A stretch of 64,000 bases of DNA, from contig CDPCPM010000169.1 in the NCBI GenBank assembly GCA_976551045.1, positions 2,542,001 to 2,606,000 on the forward strand, written 5' to 3'. This DNA comes from Glaucostegus cemiculus. Taxonomy: Eukaryota. The notes beneath the pieces are model-generated. The model was not told the origin of the DNA. It made no database searches and saw nothing but the letters and a program-made list of their open reading frames with translations. Positions 59,113-64,000 of this stretch are shown one piece after another. The position numbers and the translations under genes are program-made. Numbering within the stretch: the stretch's first letter is position 1; each line of letters opens with the position of its first letter.

Positions 59113-61369
59113 ATTACAATAGGCAAATGAAAAGTTAAAAAAAGTATAAGCACAAAGATAAATAAGGATGATTAATGAAGTGGACTTCAATTCATGACAC
59201 TAATGAATTTTTCCTATTATTCTCTTCATTAACTGTAAATTCTTTTGAACATCATTGAACAAAGCTGCTAGGACTTGGTAAGTGGTGGCTGGATATTCTT
59301 CTTGTATTTACTTTGAAACTCAGTGGGGAGAGAACATTGGTAGGAATTTCCTCTGTTTTAATACAAGACAGCATCATATCTCTCTGAATTTTCTATCTTT
59401 CAAGGCATTTGGATTCTAGCAGAAGAGGAATGCAGCCGTGGCTAACTTTGTGTAGCTGGAGATATCCCTGAGTTGTGCAAGGTCATTCTGTCGTATAAGG
59501 TGACCTCCACAGGGGCCCCTATCAGGAAATAAAGTGGATTTAGATCAGTTATAATCATCTGTAACTTTGGGCAATTTGTCATCACACCCATTACAATGTC
59601 ACCACATCAAATACTCAGTACTGAATTTCAAGGTCAAATATCATTACAGTTATGCCTATTTAGTGCAGTCACAGTCTAAGATTAGTTGTGCTCATTTGTT
59701 ATAAGAATTATGGTATTAGGAGGAAATTTTTGCATGTGGTGGATTGACAAAGGGCAAGATTCCTGTTCTGATTAACTTTACAGTCTGAAAACATAATTTG
59801 TAGTTTGGAATGCTAGCTGTCCATTTTGAGTTGATTTAGATCATAGAATTATAGTCAAGAATTTGCAATCAGTAGCGCACCTCCTGCACTTGGCACTGAT
59901 CTACAATAAATGATTGCACTCACCACGGGTAGATTTCCTGAAGCCAACTTGATGAAAAGTGCCAGCTCCAATTTGAGCAATGATGCCCTGCATGTTGGCA
60001 GGAATTTGCTTGTAAATCGTATCACGTGTTAGTGGATGCGGCAGGAGGAGACATGGAGGAAACGTCCCACCAGACGGGAATGTTGAAAGGTACTTAGATA
60101 CCTAACTAAACCATGTTCACGGGCTGTCAAAACGATCAAAACACAGGAGTATTTCTGACATTTAGAAACATTCAAGAATACCCCAATATTATTAAAATGA
60201 ATTAGGTTATTACATTATTTAAAAAGCACAGCACTTAGATGAAACTAAATAAAAAGTATTCTAAAAATACTAACCATCATCACAGCTATTCTCTTTCAAT
60301 GACATCAGTGGGGAATTGCTGAACATTTGTGCCTCATTGCTGGACTCCAGTGTCAGAATGCAGTTGAGAAATAGCTGGAGAGTTGTCATCAGCAAATCTG
60401 TAATTATGCACTTGTGCACACACATTTGAACTTGCTGACACTTCTCCATAAAAATCACTCCATTTATGATTACCAAAATATAGCATTCAATCATATGAAA
60501 GAATCAGACAATAGAGGTTTATAGCTTTGTCCTGAAAATTTCAGTAAGTAAAATTCCACTCTCAATAGTCCCGATTTGATAAGTCCCTAACTTGGAAGAG
60601 CTTTATTTACATTATGTTTCCTACCCTCTGTGGAATTTGCTTTCTCAAAAAAAGTTGTTCATACTAAAAATGCAGAGATTTCACGTCAATTGCTTCCATG
60701 TTCAGTAAGAACAAGGTAGTATCACTTGATTTTATTTTAACAAACTTTACGCCATTTACCCTTTGGAGGATAGAATAAATATTCTCAATAGGTGACAGCT
60801 CAGCAAGTTTATGCAACTCGAGATTCTATGGTTGTTTTTGGATCCATTTATATTTTTGTTGCCATCCGCTTTCCCATCAAAAATTCCTCAACCCATCCAT
60901 AAATAATAAATTGCACAAGGTGGATGATTCCATTTTAAGTTTTAATGTAAAATATTGGAGGGTAACTCTTTGGTTGGGCACAGTATTGGTGTTGGCTAAG
61001 TTTTGAAATGCTTGCCTGCCTGTGCATTGTTCATCATGTCAATTAAAAAAATATGGAGTGGAATACTTTGCAATACTTGAGGGCATTGGTCTTCTCTGAA
61101 GGAGTCAGCCAAGTGACAGGGATGTAGTAATTCATGTTGTGGAATTGAGGGAATACTGCATTTGAGCAAAATCCTACACTGCTCCTTCCTGATCTCCAAA
61201 AAGATTATTCTAGGAGCTTAACAGTTCCTTCATGCAGATCCTTCAAGGATTTACATTCTGGGTATGGGATGATCAGAATGAAGGAGTGGATCAAGAGACA
61301 CTAAGAAATAAAGGGTCAAGCTCAGCCTCCCAAAGTCTTTGATAACTTACTGACTCTTCTCTAAAATAC

Positions 61370-61900
61370 TGTGCCTCAGAGTTTGTGCCTCCCTATGGAA
61401 GCTGCTGTGGTGTTGTTTCCAACAATGAGATCTGTAACAAATGGCCAAAGCTGGCTCAATGGTTATCAGTCAGTCTGCAGTACCTCCCTGTATCAGGGAA
61501 GTCACGGTTGCCAGGTTGCACACAAGAGCTTTCTTTGCATTCTCCTTGGACATTAGGAAGGAGCAGAGTAGAACTTTGCTCAAATGCAGTATTCCCTCAA
61601 TTCCACAGCATGAATGACTACATTCCTATCACTTGGCTGACAACTTCACAGAAGCCCAATGCCCTGAAGTATTCTACTCCACACATTTTCATTTGATGTG
61701 ATGACTGGCGGCATCTCCTTCACTGTTGCCATAGCATATTCATCTTATGGCAATCCTCCTAATGTGGACTTGCTCGTGACACCCCTCAGAACTGCACACA
61801 TACTGCAAGCATGAGCAGAACTATATTTCCACAAGGAACTTCTTTATGCAGACTATTAGATTCTTCAGATCTGCTGTCTGAATAGGTCTTGTGGTTTCCT
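61370..61900 (+). mobile_element. Harbinger (HARBI1-like) transposase fossil
   Basis: LPMEAAV (cf. LPVAVKV), VISQSAVPPCIREVTVA (cf. ISQSAVHRCIREVTDA), AVFPQFHSMNDYIPI (cf. AGFPRVQGVIDCTHI). Confidence 0.7.
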
Positions 61901-62329
61901 GCAATCCAGCTCACTGAGTGAAAGTCCCCATTTGATATAGTTTGGCGAACTGCATGACTTCACTCTGCAGTGGGAACAAATGTGGAACTCTCATTGGAAA
62001 GAGTCTTTGGTCTGATGAGGTAGTCTACAAAATGACATGCACATGATGAGGAAGAGAAAGACTCAACAGTAGCAAGCTGTGACAGTTCTTTGGCCACAGC
62101 TCATTGAAGAACTCCAGCAGAATAATTCCCACTTGAACAATTCCTGTCATGTCTAACACTTGTCCCGTTTCTTCCAGCTTCCAATAAATAACAACAGCTG
62201 GGAGACCATCATTGGCATTAATATTAACTGACATTCCAGGATTATCTGCTCCTTCTGGGATACTTTCTGCTCACAAAAGTTCAGGAAGCGTTATAATCTA
62301 ATGATTCTACTAACAAATCATAATGCCAC

Positions 62330-62640
62330 AGAAGAAAATATTTTAAAATTTTTCATGTTATAATGCTCTTTAGACATCTTTCATGCAGAGCTTCAGCTGG
62401 AATAGCCAATTTACACTCAGCAAGGTTACCTAAACAGCAGTGTGATAATCAATATTTTTTTAATGTGATATTGGTGGAGAAATATATATTAACTAGGACA
62501 TGAGGGAAAACTCCTTTAGTCTATTTTGAAGGGTATAATGGGATCTTGTATATCCGTCTGAGAGATCTGATGGGATCAAAGTTCAGTGTCTCATCTAAAA
62601 GTTCGCACCTCCAACAGTAGAACTATCATTCAATATTTTA
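62330..62640 (-). mobile_element. Ancient DeuSINE/SacSINE-like element
   Basis: AACTCCTTTAGTCTATTTTGAAGGGTATAATGGGATCTT...GTCTCATCTAAAAG, reverse complement of the Deu core. Confidence 0.6.
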
Positions 62641-63589
62641 CAGTACATTTAATCTAGTTTTGTTATGCTGATCTATTAAATTATCTTTTAGGTGTATAAG
62701 ATCTGCCCAAATACAGACTGCAATGTCATAATGATGGTCAGAATAGATTCACCTAGTTGGTTTTCTGTGCATTCCAGTTGAATTTTGTTTAGAAAGTAAG
62801 TGTGTGACCATTGTGGGAAAGGATAATATATATCTCCATCACCTTCACTGCCAGAGGGTGTGACATGACACTCCTTATGATCTGTTGGACAAGGAAGTTC
62901 AGGGATACAATCAAAAACTCTGTTTGGACTCCAAAGTTGACCAAGGTGGAGATAGTTGACTCCAGACCATTGTGAGCATCTCTGAGCTACCAACATCCAG
63001 AGACAATTGCATTGAGAGCTCAACTGCCAAGATCATTGAGTTGGCCACATGCTACTTTGTTAACTGTTCAGCATCTATGTCTTGCACCAGAATCCCTCAT
63101 TAATTTGCACCTCAATGTCTCCAACCCATTATCTGGTTGGGTGGGATACAGTTACTTGTATTTATGCCTTTCTATCCAGATGTTTCATGACAGGGACCTG
63201 CAGTAAACAGAACCCTGATAACTTCACCATTATCTTTAATTTTCCCAGGGAATGATACTTGGCTCTCTCCTCTTTCTCATTTACATCCAAATATTGTCCT
63301 TTTGAACACAATGTCAGTTACCAAGACCCTGACAACATGTGGTTCTGCACTTCAAAACTTTCTCGTACCCACAACTGTCTCTCGGTTATCAGACTCATGG
63401 ACCAGCATCCAGTTCTGTATGAACAGAAATTTCTCCAAGTTAATATTGGTCCCTGCTGCATATTCCACTTCCTGGCAATTGACTATATCCTTCTCATTGA
63501 CAATTATCTGAATCATGCTGTTTTCAAGACTGGTATAGTATTTGACATTGAATTCCAGACCTTGTATCCACAGTATTAAAAAGAGTGCC

Positions 63590-63860
63590 TGTTTCTACTT
63601 TCATAACATCACCCAGCTATATTTATGCCTCAGCTGACTCTGCTGAGACTCTCAACCATGCATTTGTTAGCTCTGAATTTGACTATATAATTAATTCCTG
63701 GTCAATGTCCTTGCTGTGTCTTCTGCAAACACGAGGCATCCAAACCAGTTCTGAACTCTTCACACAGCACCTTGTTCTTGCTGGCCTATACTGGATCCTA
63801 CTTACTAGTCTCATCCCTCGGAATTTGTTTCATGTTTGATTGTGGCCTCTCCCCTTCCTA
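63590..63860 (+). mobile_element. L2 LINE ORF2 C-terminal remnant
   Basis: DSAETLNHAFVSSEFDY (cf. AETLIHAFVTSRLDY) and VLAGLYW (cf. VLAxLHW). Confidence 0.7.
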
Positions 63861-63862
63861 TA

Positions 63863-64000
63863 TGTTGTGACTGTGAACTAAGTCACCAGAGAGGCACTGA
63901 AGCTGGTGATGTAAAAGTCTTTATTTATCATAACAAGCAGGCATTCACCTGGAGACCCTCTCAGTCAAGTCACCCAAACTCAAAGTACATCACATTTTTA
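63863..64000. mobile_element. Probable LTR edge running out of the window
   Basis: Abrupt start TGTTGTG after the L2 remnant; CTTTATT (minus-strand polyA signal) about 55 bp inside. Confidence 0.45.

Noticed and set aside
1-64000. Retroelement strand bias as evidence of host-gene direction
   Set aside because: Minus-strand copies only modestly outnumber plus-strand copies by eye, which is not enough to infer orientation.

Overview
Repeat-dense, AT-rich vertebrate DNA, intergenic or deep intronic. The repeat families (CR1, Rex1/Babar, Penelope, V-SINE/HE1-type and DeuSINE-type SINEs, Harbinger) point to a cartilaginous fish, probably a ray or sawfish; this is an inference from repeat content. 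I could not identify any intact host gene, rRNA, tRNA or CRISPR array, and almost all listed ORFs are transposon fragments or noise. Main contents: a decayed Gypsy gag-pol (1-3.4 kb); many CR1 LINE pieces, including a near full-length copy at 39.6-44.0 kb interrupted by a solo LTR and a SINE; Rex1/Babar LINE pieces; Penelope pseudo-LTRs carrying hammerhead-ribozyme cores; Harbinger fossils; many SINEs; and a 283-bp assembly gap next to a (CA)n tract. The most unusual object is a young, CpG-rich ~750-bp composite insertion at 50135-50883. It has a YY1-type 5' end, a 23/15-bp GC-rich VNTR and a Rex/Babar-type 3' tail, an SVA-like architecture, and it sits where a CR1 RT core is missing. Other points of interest are a TSD-flanked Penelope palindrome, SINE tail swapping, an inverted pair of young CR1 copies, and a clean 39-nt candidate microexon on the minus strand. 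Coordinates of old repeats are approximate, and all family names come from motif recognition by eye, not a database search.
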